From a virus (lineage: Duplodnaviria; Heunggongvirae; Uroviricota; Caudoviricetes): a stretch of DNA of 64,000 nucleotides. A model generated the notes under the pieces. That model saw only the letters and a list, made by a program, of their open reading frames with translations. It was not told the DNA's origin and made no database searches. This document shows, piece by piece, positions 29,090 through 39,186 of the stretch. The first letter of the stretch is position 1, and every line of letters begins with the position of its first letter. Position numbers and translations under genes: made by a program. The stretch lies in the IMG/VR virus record IMGVR_UViG_3300035660_001437; one strand, written 5' to 3'.

Positions 29090-29288
29090 TACTCTATCAC
29101 CTCGCTTTCATTCGACTCTACCATCATCTTCATAAGCGAACCTATATTCATCCTCCTGATTTTCTTGTTAGCTTTGTTGCGTATAACTATGTTCCAATCT
29201 TTGTCAATTCTTATTGAAAACCCACTGTCTTTGCTGCCGGGCGTCATGTCGATTTCTACAGCTTCTACTTCGGTTCTAACTTCCATTT

Positions 29289-29594
29289 TCACTCATCTTC
29301 CATAATATTGAATTGATGCACAAAAACAACCTGGCTCGGGTTAAAACCCTTGATAGGATGAATCTCTCTCCACACTGCTTCTAACTCTTCTTTTGAAGAA
29401 AGTCCCTCTTCACGAAAATGCTCTGCAACTTCTCTTAACGTCTTTTTGCTGACTTTTTTAATCACGAACGTCCTTCCAAACGCTTTGAAAGTATCTCCGG
29501 GATTTCCAAATGCTCTTGTCCTCGATGTCCACGTTTTAACTCCGGATATCATCGGCTCTTTGAACATTGAAAGGAACGGTATTTTAACTTCCAT
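29289..29594 (-). CDS. ASCH/PUA-like domain protein (putative)
   Basis: ISGVKTWTSRTR resembles the ASCH GxKTxExR core. Confidence 0.35.
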   Translation of the reverse strand: MEVKIPFLSMFKEPMISGVKTWTSRTRAFGNPGDTFKAFGRTFVIKKVSKKTLREVAEHFREEGLSSKEELEAVWREIHPIKGFNPSQVVFVHQFNIMEDE

Positions 29595-29850
29595 ATACTT
29601 TCCTCCATGTTCCTATACAAGCTCCATAAAGCCCACACTCATCAGTGCATTTCTCATGCAATTTTGACGGGCACTTTCCATTATTATCAAAGATGTCTTT
29701 TTTCATTATTATCTACCGGCCCTTTCATCTGCGGTGAAATCTTCCGAAATAGGGTTAACGTTCCCTTTTTTAACTTTCTCAATTGCTTCATCACGAAACT
29801 TTGCTTCAACCTCGTAAACGGTTTGTTTTATCACTATCCAAACTTTATTG

Positions 29851-30045
29851 TCAGCCAAGCAAATCCTTCTCCTTTACAATATTTCCACACTTTTTATGCT
29901 TCACTACTGTTACCAAACACCAATAAGGCTCTATTTGAATATAAGCCATTTCCAGGCTTGATGTTGTATCTACTGGAAGAACAATTTCCTTGCAATGCTC
30001 GCAGTAATACAATTTTTGCTTAGGTGCAACTTCCATTTCAATCAC
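29851..30045 (-). CDS. zinc-ribbon protein
   Basis: YCEHCKE...HKKCGN. Confidence 0.35.
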   Translation of the reverse strand: MIEMEVAPKQKLYYCEHCKEIVLPVDTTSSLEMAYIQIEPYWCLVTVVKHKKCGNIVKEKDLLG

Positions 30046-30214
30046 CTATAACAAATTTCTCTCCAATTTTTCCTGACCGTTCATGCAACAATCTTTGCTT
30101 CGGTAAGGGCATTTGACGACGAACGCATCTACCGGCACTTTGTCATAGAAACGGTCAAACATTCGTTTGAAAGTTTCACATTTTAAGGGTTGACATTTTA
30201 TTCTTGTTGATACG

Positions 30215-30532
30215 CTACTCATTCAAAATCGCCTCTTTTTCAACCTCGAGTACGTTAAGAATTTGATACTTTATTTTATCGTAAGTAGCTGGGCTGCACA
30301 ACAAATAAACGTGCTTGCCTGATTGAATTAATTTTCTGACTGTTTCTGGTAGAAGTTTCATCGAATTTTCAGTAAAATCGTTTATTTCCAAAACTACGTT
30401 GTGCGCCGCACCGATTTGCTTCAAACCACTCGGAGTTAGGTTAAAATAAGCCTGGGCGTTTTCAAGATGCCTGGCTAAAAAGCTTTTTCCGGAACCGTGA
30501 TTTCCAACTATAAACAGCGCATTTCCTTTCAT
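30215..30532 (-). CDS. small P-loop NTPase
   Basis: Walker A GNHGSGKS near N-terminus; 105 aa. Confidence 0.45.
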   Translation of the reverse strand: MKGNALFIVGNHGSGKSFLARHLENAQAYFNLTPSGLKQIGAAHNVVLEINDFTENSMKLLPETVRKLIQSGKHVYLLCSPATYDKIKYQILNVLEVEKEAILNE

Positions 30533-30997
30533 TTAATCCACTCTCTTCATCGTGATTTTTCCTGTAGTCTCGTCTACTATTATTACTCGATGAACCAACT
30601 TCTTTTTAACGAGCTTTACCGGTATGTGCTTTTGATAGTATTCCACAACTCGCAATATCAATTCGATTTTTACTACCAGCACGTGAAACGTAGCAACGTT
30701 GGATACCGTTTGAATTATCCAGTGCGAAAGGTCGGACATACTTGAAATTTCTACTTGCTTACTCAAGTTTCTCGCCTTTTATGGTGATATGCAAAAAATG
30801 ATGCCGCAGCCCAAAACCATGCAGAGCCAAGCGTAATCGAAACCAAAATTTCTTGACCTGTCATTTCTGGTCGTCCTCTTTCAACTTTTTGCGAAGCGCT
30901 TTCAACCTAATTTCAAAAAATTCACTCGGATGAGCTTCGGCTATCGTAACGTCTATGCACGTTATCAAGTCTTTTCTATCCTGTTCTGTTAATTTTA

Positions 30998-31321
30998 TCA
31001 AATTTTCGTCTCCCTTTTCTTTACGATATTTGCCATCTCATCACGGAATGAGACCACGGCTTCGTCAAATATTTCCTCTATCGGCTTTCCCAACATTTCA
31101 GCAACTATGTAGCAGTGAACCATGATATCGCCGATTACTTTTGTGAGGTCTGCCTCGTAACCCTTCATCTTCTCTGGGTTTTTCTCGGCGTATGCTCTGC
31201 TGTGATAAATCAGTCTGAGACCTTGACCTGCTTTTGCACCAATAACAACTACTTGCCTCCACCAACCTTCGTCTGCACCGGCTTGTCTTAGTAAGTTTCT
31301 TAACGTTGTTTGCAGCCTCAC
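30998..31321 (-). CDS. MazG-like all-alpha NTP pyrophosphohydrolase (putative)
   Basis: KVIGDIMVHCYIVAEMLGKPIEEIFDEA resembles MazG EExxE/D helices. Confidence 0.35.
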   Translation of the reverse strand: MRLQTTLRNLLRQAGADEGWWRQVVVIGAKAGQGLRLIYHSRAYAEKNPEKMKGYEADLTKVIGDIMVHCYIVAEMLGKPIEEIFDEAVVSFRDEMANIVKKRETKI

Positions 31322-31807
31322 CTAAATACTCTCCTTTACTCCTCTCCAAACAACTCATCAAATTCCTTTAACCATTTTTCAAAGTCTTTATCTTTAGCTA
31401 TGAAAACTTCTCCTGTCTCTTTTCCGCTAGCATCACGAATAAAATGGCTTTCTGGATATTTGGCTAGATGCGATTGTATTTTCTGTTTCCAATCCGCTAA
31501 TGCTTTCTTGGTTAAAAATTCAAGTTGCCTAGTAAATTACTTTTGGCATTCTTCAAGCTTTCTTTCAATATCCTGTGCTTCCTCAAGCCTAACCAATAGT
31601 TCATCGTAAACAACTCCATATTCATTATGATTACACCAACCAGCAACAAAAGAACCACAATGCATAGAATAGCCAGCATCATTATAGAGAGGACAAGTTT
31701 TCCCTTGACATTCTTTTCTCGGTTCTCTTTTTCTTTCTTTAGGATAATGCCATATATAGAAGGCTTTTTCTTTCAAACTCTTTCTCATTTGAGTTCGCTT
31801 CCCTATT

Positions 31808-32203
31808 TTACTCCAAATATTCTTTCAAATCCTCTTCCAGCAACTTTCTCAGATTAATATCTGAGATGTTCAAACCCGCGTTTGGAAATTTCATCTTTAT
31901 CTTCCCGCCTTCCGCTTCTCTTATAACAGCGAACATGCAGTTGGCTCTGTCAGACTCTATTATCTGCGAGTTCTGCTGCTCTTTAGAATAATACGTTTTG
32001 ATTCCCTTGACCTCTATAGGAATGCCTATCTGATTTTTTATTGCGACCAAATCGAACAGTTGGCCTCTGCTCGGTATCCAAATCGTCTTGCCGTCTTTCA
32101 CTATTGTGCGTACGGGTGGCGCAAGTGTGAAGGCAAGCCACCCCTTACTCTCGAGTATCTTTTTCAATTTCAGCCTTAACTGGGATTCCTTCACTTTTAC
32201 CAC
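31808..32203 (-). CDS. PD-(D/E)xK nuclease (Hjc/VRR-NUC-like, putative)
   Basis: GQLFDLVAIKNQIGIPIEVKG gives D...EVK catalytic triad spacing. Confidence 0.4.
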   Translation of the reverse strand: MVKVKESQLRLKLKKILESKGWLAFTLAPPVRTIVKDGKTIWIPSRGQLFDLVAIKNQIGIPIEVKGIKTYYSKEQQNSQIIESDRANCMFAVIREAEGGKIKMKFPNAGLNISDINLRKLLEEDLKEYLE

Positions 32204-32425
32204 CCATTTCTTCCAATATTTCTTTAGCTCTGTCTACAACGCGAGATTTTCTATTTCCCTCGAAGCACTCAAACAATTCGCCGTACTGGCTGATTGGCTC
32301 GCATACGTCGGTGAATAAATTTCTGTAACCGCACTTCGCGTTTTTGTTGCACAGCAGCTTTAGCTCCGGCCCGTCTTCGGTTTCTATAACGGCCTCTCTG
32401 AACCTTTCCCTCCCCAACGGTTACT

Positions 32426-32926
32426 CTATCCAACTTCTTCAGCCTCCTCAAGCCAATAGTAATCGTAGGTGATTCTGTACTTGACTAAATACGTCGCTCC
32501 AATTTTGAATGACTTTATGTCCACGAAAGCAAAAGTCGTGCCGTCCTCGAACTTGACAGTTGTCAAAGCCCTTTTATCGTATCCGCCAGCTCCGTAAGAC
32601 ACGTGGACTACCTTGCCCGTGAACTCGTAATAGGTGTAATTGCCTTTGGGATTAGTCAGCGCAGGCGCCAGAGAAATAACAACAAGAGCAGCGAGGATGA
32701 GAGGAACGACAAATATCAAATTGTCAGCTAATCCACCAATTATTCTCCCAAATTGCCTTCTTGCTCGCTTTGTCTTCGCCCGTCGCTTTTTATTTATCTC
32801 GTCGTAGCCAACAAGTATCTGCTGCGAAAGCGGAGCGCTTTTTCCTCCGCTGTCTGAAGTTACGGCCCTATCGTACAGCTTGCGCTCTCTTCGCCTGTAC
32901 AGCCATTCTCTAAGTCTTCTTAGCAT
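32426..32926 (-). CDS. membrane protein
   Basis: 166 aa with a central TM helix (LIFVVPLILAALVVISLAPAL). Confidence 0.4.
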   Translation of the reverse strand: MLRRLREWLYRRRERKLYDRAVTSDSGGKSAPLSQQILVGYDEINKKRRAKTKRARRQFGRIIGGLADNLIFVVPLILAALVVISLAPALTNPKGNYTYYEFTGKVVHVSYGAGGYDKRALTTVKFEDGTTFAFVDIKSFKIGATYLVKYRITYDYYWLEEAEEVG

Positions 32927-33437
32927 GCAGTCTTTCCCTCAGAGCTAATCTGGCCTCTTCATGCACTTTGTCTATCTCTTTTTGTATTTCTTCTTCAGGC
33001 TTGCCGTCGATTCTTGATATGTCTTTGACAACTGCTTCTGGAGCCGTGAATTCTACCAATCTATCTATCAGCAAGCTTCTTATGCCGCTTATGAGAGTTT
33101 TTGCTATTGCAAGAGAGTCTCTGCCGGTTATTTTTATTATCGGGTCGTGCCTTGTGATTCTTCGAGTCTCGACGTCGAAGTCTACAATCGCTATAGTGTT
33201 CACTCCGTTGCTGACTATAGCCACGGTATCATGTCTTGTGGTTTCGAGCAAGCTAAACGCGCTCAGCTCTTGCATGCCTCGGCTTTCTGCGGTTATCAGG
33301 TCGAGCATTTGGTAGGAACCGTCGTCTATTATCGGCGAAAGGATTTTCATGACTTCTTTCAGCGATAGAACTTCCGTGTTCAGCTCCAGCATTTTTTGCG
33401 ATTCTTTCGTTTTGAGGTCGACTGTTAATATTTTCAC
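32910..33437 (-). CDS. hypothetical protein
   Basis: 175-aa ORF. Confidence 0.4.
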   Translation of the reverse strand: MKILTVDLKTKESQKMLELNTEVLSLKEVMKILSPIIDDGSYQMLDLITAESRGMQELSAFSLLETTRHDTVAIVSNGVNTIAIVDFDVETRRITRHDPIIKITGRDSLAIAKTLISGIRSLLIDRLVEFTAPEAVVKDISRIDGKPEEEIQKEIDKVHEEARLALRERLHAKKT

Positions 33438-33455
33438 TTTTTCTTACCTCCTTTT

Positions 33456-33797
33456 TTATTTGATTACTTTTACAAGAGAAACCCTGTATAAATAAAAGTA
33501 GTTTGCCCTTGCGTAAAAGGCTCTTGCAATTCCAACCCATTCCGCCGCATTGTTGAACCCAGATGACTTTGCGTACGGCTCCAACTCTGAAAAATCTCGC
33601 AGGTCAACTTCTTTTATGAATTTGACAGTTACTAGCGCAAAAGGAACGCCTTTATTCGTCGCGTTTACGTTCGTCTCGAAATTTGCAGTTCTTCTATAAG
33701 CTCTTAGAGTATATACGTATCCGTGTCTTAGCAGATGATTCCTTGCCTTCTCTACGTCAAACGCAATTCGCCCTGCTCTCGCCATTGCACTTCCCAA
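33456..33797 (-). CDS. hypothetical protein
   Basis: 113-aa ORF. Confidence 0.35.
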   Translation of the reverse strand: MGSAMARAGRIAFDVEKARNHLLRHGYVYTLRAYRRTANFETNVNATNKGVPFALVTVKFIKEVDLRDFSELEPYAKSSGFNNAAEWVGIARAFYARANYFYLYRVSLVKVIK

Positions 33798-33803
33798 ATA
33801 AAA

Positions 33804-34907
33804 TCACCTCAGATAGTATTTCGTGCCCTCTTTCAAGCACCGCTTTTCGAAAGCTATCTGCGGCGCTATGTTGTCTCTTATGAGTTCTGCCCTCGCGAAA
33901 ACCCAATCTTCAACCCTCGTGAAAAGCTTCGGATACCTGTACACCGAAGTCAAAATCGACGAAATCCCGCCTATCAGGGTCTCTTTTTTCGCCAGAGCTT
34001 GCATCGAAACGCCGTTGTTTATAAGAGCTTCAGAGAGAAGCTGGAGCGCGTCTGTGTCTATTACCAACGGGCTTGAAATTGACTTTTTGCTGCTCGCCCA
34101 CTTTTCGGCTTCTATGTTGGGCCTGTTAAGGAGGATGAATTTTGCATCCGCATCAGTCGCAACGTGCTGGTGATTTAGCGACGCAGACGCTTTTAGCAGC
34201 CTGTTTGAGTAATCGTATGCTCTTTGAGGTGAGAACTGGGACGTCAGCATCTCGACAATCTCTTCGAAATACGAGGTATCGACCTTTATAGTGTCAATGC
34301 TCGGAAAGTTTATCGTTATTTTAGGCGCGGGTTTGTCCAAATTTATCCTGTTCATGTCGAGGTTGTACGCAAACACGAAATATCTCGCCACCCTGTCCTT
34401 TGTCGTGCCTCTCCACGTCACGAGCTGCCACATTTTGTTGAATATTTCGTAAGTGCACGCTGCCAGGAAGCTGACGTAGGAGTTTTGTATGTTGCACACG
34501 TAACTCGAAGTATTAATCTCGCAGTAGTGGTCGTATATGAGGTCTCCGACGACCCTGAACATGTTCTCCATCACGATATCAGACAAATCCGACATCTCAA
34601 GGCAAATCCACGAGAGCTCAGTGTTTGAGAAAGTCTTGCTGAACCTCTTTGACGCGGCAAGCGTGAACTTTTTCTGGAATATCAACCTGTGCTGCAGGCT
34701 CATTACCCCGTGCAGGCTGGCGCTTTTTCCGCATCCCTGTATTCCGACGTTCATGCAGCCTATATTTGCAATGTCGCAAAGCTTGTTGAAAGCGACTCTG
34801 ACGCCGAGGTTCGGATGCGTTTCAGTAACCTGCCTGACAACAGATATCGTGTTCGGGATTTTTCTCATCTCGTCATCTGTCAGTTTGAGTTCGCTCAATC
34901 TACCCAC
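33804..34907 (-). CDS. hypothetical protein with P-loop-like motif
   Basis: 367 aa; GIQGCGKSA Walker-A-like. Confidence 0.45.
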   Translation of the reverse strand: MGRLSELKLTDDEMRKIPNTISVVRQVTETHPNLGVRVAFNKLCDIANIGCMNVGIQGCGKSASLHGVMSLQHRLIFQKKFTLAASKRFSKTFSNTELSWICLEMSDLSDIVMENMFRVVGDLIYDHYCEINTSSYVCNIQNSYVSFLAACTYEIFNKMWQLVTWRGTTKDRVARYFVFAYNLDMNRINLDKPAPKITINFPSIDTIKVDTSYFEEIVEMLTSQFSPQRAYDYSNRLLKASASLNHQHVATDADAKFILLNRPNIEAEKWASSKKSISSPLVIDTDALQLLSEALINNGVSMQALAKKETLIGGISSILTSVYRYPKLFTRVEDWVFARAELIRDNIAPQIAFEKRCLKEGTKYYLR

Positions 34908-35245
34908 ACTACCTTGCCTTCAACAATCGTCTCGTGCTCTCGATTAATTCTCAAAAAAGAATTTGGACTTAAACCGTGCAAATGAAAGCACTTTAACATG
35001 TGATAGATGCTCCAAAGCCACAATTTTAACCACGAACTTGTTTTGACAACTTTCTTACACTTGTCGCAGTAGATGCCTTGCTTCCAACCTTCTTTAATTT
35101 CCTTTGGGCAGTTCTGCATTATCCACTTTCTAAATTCTCCTTCCGCTTTGATTCTTTTTACAGGGTCATCTATGCGGTCTATTGCCAAACGCTTCTTCTC
35201 AACTTCTCTGTAGTATTCTTCATTTGTTTGTCTGAATTCGCTCAA
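34895..35245 (-). CDS. hypothetical Cys-containing protein
   Basis: 116-aa ORF. Confidence 0.3.
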   Translation of the reverse strand: MSEFRQTNEEYYREVEKKRLAIDRIDDPVKRIKAEGEFRKWIMQNCPKEIKEGWKQGIYCDKCKKVVKTSSWLKLWLWSIYHMLKCFHLHGLSPNSFLRINREHETIVEGKVVWVD

Positions 35246-35357
35246 ATCGTCACCAGCATTATGAGCCGCCTGCGCAAGCGACGCACTTGGAACTCACGCC
35301 TTGACGTCTTTAATCCAAGTTATAGACTACGCAAACGGTTTCTCATGCGTTTTATCT

Positions 35358-35390
35358 TGAGCGAGCGAAACATATCTGTTCGCGAGCTCA
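35358..35390. repeat. palindromic element GAGCGAGCGAAACATATCTGTTCGCGAGCTC (R2 family copy)
   Basis: Near-identical to copies at 37951-37990 and 41165-41210; imperfect inverted repeat GAGCGAGC/GCTCGC(GAGC) flanking ACATATCT. Confidence 0.6.
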
Positions 35391-35840
35391 TGCTTTTTTT
35401 TGCACCTATCCAGCCGGCTGTCTCTCGCCCTGCTTTCTCGTGTTCGGGGCACCGCTCCGTCCTTTCAGGGGCTAACGGTAACCTTTTACGGTATTAAGCT
35501 CCGGATATCGCACCGTGCAAGATTCGAGCAGCTCTTAATACACCGCCCGATAAACGCCACATGTCTGTGATGCAATCATTAATTGCCTTCTTTAGCGGAT
35601 GCCCTCAGTTTTTGACGCAGTAAGTCGCCAACATCTGCGATGAGCTTTTCTTCCCAGCTTCTTGTCGCCCACTGAGCCTGCTTTAGGCCTCTGGCGATAC
35701 AGCCAGTACTGCCGCTCCAGCGTGCGAGCGTCGGCTCTTTGCCGCGGCACCAACCGTAGATTAGCTAGGACAGTATTTACGCTCCTCGCGTTGCGACCGC
35801 GAAAGAGCTTTTTTATTTCTCTCGCCGAAGGCAAGTAACA

Positions 35841-35876
35841 TTATATAATATGCACCGGAGTATTTAAACTTTTGGT
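35841..35876 (-). promoter_or_regulatory. conserved promoter with CCGGTGCAT element facing a GC-rich ORF-poor region
   Basis: Minus strand CCAAAAGTTTAAATACTCCGGTGCATATTATATAA. Confidence 0.4.
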
Positions 35877-36545
35877 GCTTCTTAAAGCGAGCGAGTTGCC
35901 TCCCGTTTCACGGCGTCGAGATTAGAGAGAAAGGGATTTTTGCGTTCAAATTAAACGCTAGCGCAGAATATCTCGACGCTCTCGTGCGGTCGGTCTCCTG
36001 CTTTTCCAGGCTGCGGGGCGCGCGAACCTTTCTTCCGCTAGGAGGTCGATATTCCCGGCGCGCCGAGGTGATTTGCCGCAGCTTTCTGGAGCTGTTACCG
36101 GCTGTTCGGCAACTCGATATCAATATTTACCGGCACCGGCTTTTTGCCTTTCCATATTCTGTCGATGTCGCTGTGAAATATTTTTCTAGTCTTAATTACG
36201 AGAGTCGTCACTCCTTTTTTGTTTATTGCAAACGAGTATATCAGCCCGTCAATCTTCAGAACCGTCATCTTTTGCAAACACCTCCCGTACGGCTTATCTC
36301 TCGATTTCAAGTATCGCTATGCTCTCCGTATCCAGGAGCATTTTGTAATATCTTTCTGCTCTGATAATTGTTCTTACTTTGCTCTCGTCGTCTTTGACCG
36401 GAAATACCACACAGCAAGCGATTACTCTTGGCGTTACTGGGTAACATTCGAAAAGCTCTTTGTATTTTTCTTGCTGCAAATCAGACGGGTCTTTTATCGC
36501 GCTGTCGACTGCCAATATCGCAAGTGATAAAAATGGCATTTTTAT

Positions 36546-37007
36546 TCACCGCTTTATCAGGCCTGCTTCGCCTCGCAACTCTGACCTCACCTGCATTAAA
36601 AGCTTTCCCAGCATGTCCTTTCCTCTGATACCCCAAAACGAATCTGTTGGGCTGTCTTCGTGAATTGTAGCGTCCCCTGTAGCAAGCAACTTTGCTTTCA
36701 ACTCTGAATTTTGAAATTTCGCTCTCAAACCTTTTAGCATGACATCTACTTTCATATCGTCCCAATTGTCCACAAGCTCTTTACCGCGCCTCAACGAACG
36801 ACCAGCTTGCATAGCAAGAAATGGTGTCGGCGCAGAACCTATCCAATCGTGTACAAATTTGTCCCTGGCTTTTTGAGATTGATAATAATGTTCGTTAGTC
36901 GGATAGACTAGAACTCCCACAACTTGCTTGGCTCTGTAAAAGTTTGAAAGCCACCCGTATTCGCCGTCTCTTGTGTAAAAGTTGATTTCTTCGCAAGCTT
37001 TTTTCAA
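36546..37007 (-). CDS. NADAR (YbiA-like, DUF1768) domain protein
   Basis: FYTRDGEYGWLSNFY...YPTNEHYYQSQKA matches the NADAR N-terminal signature. Confidence 0.6.
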   Translation of the reverse strand: MKKACEEINFYTRDGEYGWLSNFYRAKQVVGVLVYPTNEHYYQSQKARDKFVHDWIGSAPTPFLAMQAGRSLRRGKELVDNWDDMKVDVMLKGLRAKFQNSELKAKLLATGDATIHEDSPTDSFWGIRGKDMLGKLLMQVRSELRGEAGLIKR

Positions 37008-37188
37008 ACGCTACGCAACTCCATCACCCTGCTATCTGTTTGCTGGTTACAGCTATCTTCGAGTCTGCACAGCACCATAGCCGCATCTCCATTTTTGCTA
37101 TTTTTAATCCTTTCGCGCTTCTTATAACCGCAATCTCCTTTGAAATTACAGTTATTTGCGTTCTTCGCAATCCAATTTTGCAAACTTA

Positions 37189-37944
37189 TCACTCTACCAT
37201 GCAGTTTATAATAGTGCTGGCCTTGTTTACTACGACCATGAAGCACCCGTCCACGATGTAGATTTTGCTCTTCGATTTCTCCGTCGGTTCTTCCTCTTCC
37301 AGCAGCTCTTCTTTTTGCAAAAGCGAAGATTTGAGCATTTTCATCGCGTCTTCCGTCAAAATCACCGTTGCGGGTACGCTGCATTCTATTTTGTAAGCCA
37401 TCTCTGCGCCGTTGTTGTGGTTTTTCATGTTGAGAGCGTTGTTCTCGTTCGTGAAAATCTCCAGTCTTTCACTCTCGCCGATTTGCGAGAGCATGTCCGC
37501 CAATATCGCGTTGTCTATTTTGAACACTGCTACCGCCTTGTCCTCTTTCGTCTTCGGGTCTTCGAAAGTGTTGCCCGAGATTACTCCTCTTATGTCTTCA
37601 ATGACGCCAACTCTTTTCATCGCTTCTGAAACAAGACTGTCGTCTTCGAGCAGCGGAATCTTCGAGTTGAAAAAGTACGGGTCGGTGATTTCAATGAAGC
37701 CTCGCTCGGGACACATCGTAATCGTATCTATGACTCTGCTTTTCAAGCGGTCTTTTAGCGACAGACAGTCGTTCACTATTGGGTTCTCAGAGCCCACGTT
37801 TATCTTTTTCGATTTTATGCAGGCAAAAGCGTAGAGCTGCGGGTGCATCGAACAAATCATCCCGTCTACGTGGATTAGATTTGTATTTACGTTGAGCATG
37901 TGCGTCAGCGAATCTTTCTCTTTTCTTAGGCTAATCTTAAACAT
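37189..37944 (-). CDS. PCNA-like sliding clamp (putative)
   Basis: 251 aa starting MFK; VDGMICSMHPQLYAFACIK aligns with archaeal PCNA EDGISMRAMDPSRVALIDL; genomic neighbourhood with RFC and PolB. Confidence 0.5.
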   Translation of the reverse strand: MFKISLRKEKDSLTHMLNVNTNLIHVDGMICSMHPQLYAFACIKSKKINVGSENPIVNDCLSLKDRLKSRVIDTITMCPERGFIEITDPYFFNSKIPLLEDDSLVSEAMKRVGVIEDIRGVISGNTFEDPKTKEDKAVAVFKIDNAILADMLSQIGESERLEIFTNENNALNMKNHNNGAEMAYKIECSVPATVILTEDAMKMLKSSLLQKEELLEEEEPTEKSKSKIYIVDGCFMVVVNKASTIINCMVE

Positions 37945-37950
37945 GTTCTT

Positions 37951-37990
37951 TTTCTCCTAAAGAGCGAGCGAGACATATCTGCTCGCGAGC
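37951..37990. repeat. palindromic R2 element in 5' leader of PCNA-like gene
   Basis: TTTCTCCTAAAGAGCGAGCGAGACATATCTGCTCGCGAGC immediately upstream of ATG (SD AGGAG within it); near-identical 45-nt copy at 41165-41210. Confidence 0.6.
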
Positions 37991-38536
37991 TTTTCTCAAA
38001 CTTATTTTGAACATTCTTTCACCTTTTCATTTTCCTTTAATTGAATTGGAACATTTTTAGTAGGATGTATATCATAAAAATACAAAAACCTGCGCAGGCT
38101 CCAGCAGTAGAAACTATGACTTTTCCAAAGACCGTCACGTTAAGAGGCATTATCAATGTAGGCATCGCCATTACCCAAATCATCAAGAGAGTTACAGCAA
38201 TCGCATGTTCTACTATATCTTTTCGTTTCATTGTTTCTTTCCCTCATCCTTTCTTTGACTCTTGTACATTTCTTTATCTGCTTCCGCAAGTTTGCCTATT
38301 ACATAAGCAACTGATATAATGGCAGTAACAATGATAATGCTTCCACAAACTACTATTAAAGACGCTATATCCCAAATCATTTTTATTTTTTCACCTTTTC
38401 ATTTGTTGTTTCATTTTAGTCATTGCGTCTGTTCCGAATAATAATTCTATGACTTCCCAGTGGATTGTTCTTTCTGTTGTCGGCTTTCCGTCTTGGAATT
38501 CTATCGTTGTCTCTGGCAGGGTTTTCATTTTTTCAC

Positions 38537-38857
38537 TCACCGTGATTCGTCTAACATATATGTCAATTCTTTTTTTCGATGGAGTACTTCTACCAATCCG
38601 TAAAACAGCATGAACACTGTGATTATAATTAGAGAAGGGTTGCTCGAGAATTGGCCAAGAATATATGATGTAGTTGAAACGTAAATAACTTGTAAAAGCC
38701 CGCCTGAGAAAGATATGAAATAGATTTTTCTTTTGTTTAACTCCGTTGGGCGATATCTTACGTACAGGCCTTCTCGCGATGCCCCGAAGCGCGGCGACCA
38801 GCCGAATATTTTCGCAGGTAAGTAGTGCCCGCACTCGTGGACAATGTAACTTGACAA
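38537..38857 (-). CDS. membrane zinc-metalloprotease-like protein (HExxH)
   Basis: YIVHECGHY HExxH motif with flanking TM helices; an overlapping alternative-frame ORF 38391..38894 is less likely. Confidence 0.4.
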   Translation of the reverse strand: MSSYIVHECGHYLPAKIFGWSPRFGASREGLYVRYRPTELNKRKIYFISFSGGLLQVIYVSTTSYILGQFSSNPSLIIITVFMLFYGLVEVLHRKKELTYMLDESR

Positions 38858-38900
38858 GATTATTGCAAGACCGATTATATAAGTCGCTGAACATTTTTAG

Positions 38901-39185
38901 TCACCGTGATTTATGTAATTGCTTTTTCTGTTTTTTCGAGTATATATTCTCAATGATGAGTATTGCATATTTTGCGCATGGCAACGTCAACATTCCAAGC
39001 GGAAACCAAAACAGCCACCCGGTTAAAATTGAGAATTGGTGACCTACCAGAATCATTACAATACCAAAAACGTAAACAATGAAAATCGAAATGTTCTCTT
39101 CAAGCTCTGAACTTAATCCCAAAGATTCCCTGGGATTTCGCACGCATTTCTTTCTCAATTCGCCATTTTTAATTTTGGTATTCAT
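38901..39185 (-). CDS. membrane protein
   Basis: 94 aa, two TM helices. Confidence 0.35.
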   Translation of the reverse strand: MNTKIKNGELRKKCVRNPRESLGLSSELEENISIFIVYVFGIVMILVGHQFSILTGWLFWFPLGMLTLPCAKYAILIIENIYSKKQKKQLHKSR

Positions 39186-39186
39186 C

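Noticed and set aside
35400-35530. Possible tRNA in the GC-rich ORF-poor region (GGGGCACCGCTCC...GATTCGAG)
   Set aside because: Could not assemble a cloverleaf by eye (no GTTC-R-A-NYC T-loop with matching stems, no 7-bp acceptor pairing); left as an unspecified ncRNA candidate instead.
37004-37384. 126-aa minus-strand ORF overlapping the 3' 200 nt of the PCNA-like gene
   Set aside because: A different frame overlapping a better-supported gene; Arg/Gly-rich composition without motifs. Only a short C-terminal part (from MVLCRLED) could be independent.
38391-38894. 167-aa ORF overlapping the HExxH membrane-protein ORF in another frame
   Set aside because: Arg-rich with no TM or motif content; the alternative frame (38537..38857) has an HExxH motif and TM helices and is the more plausible gene.
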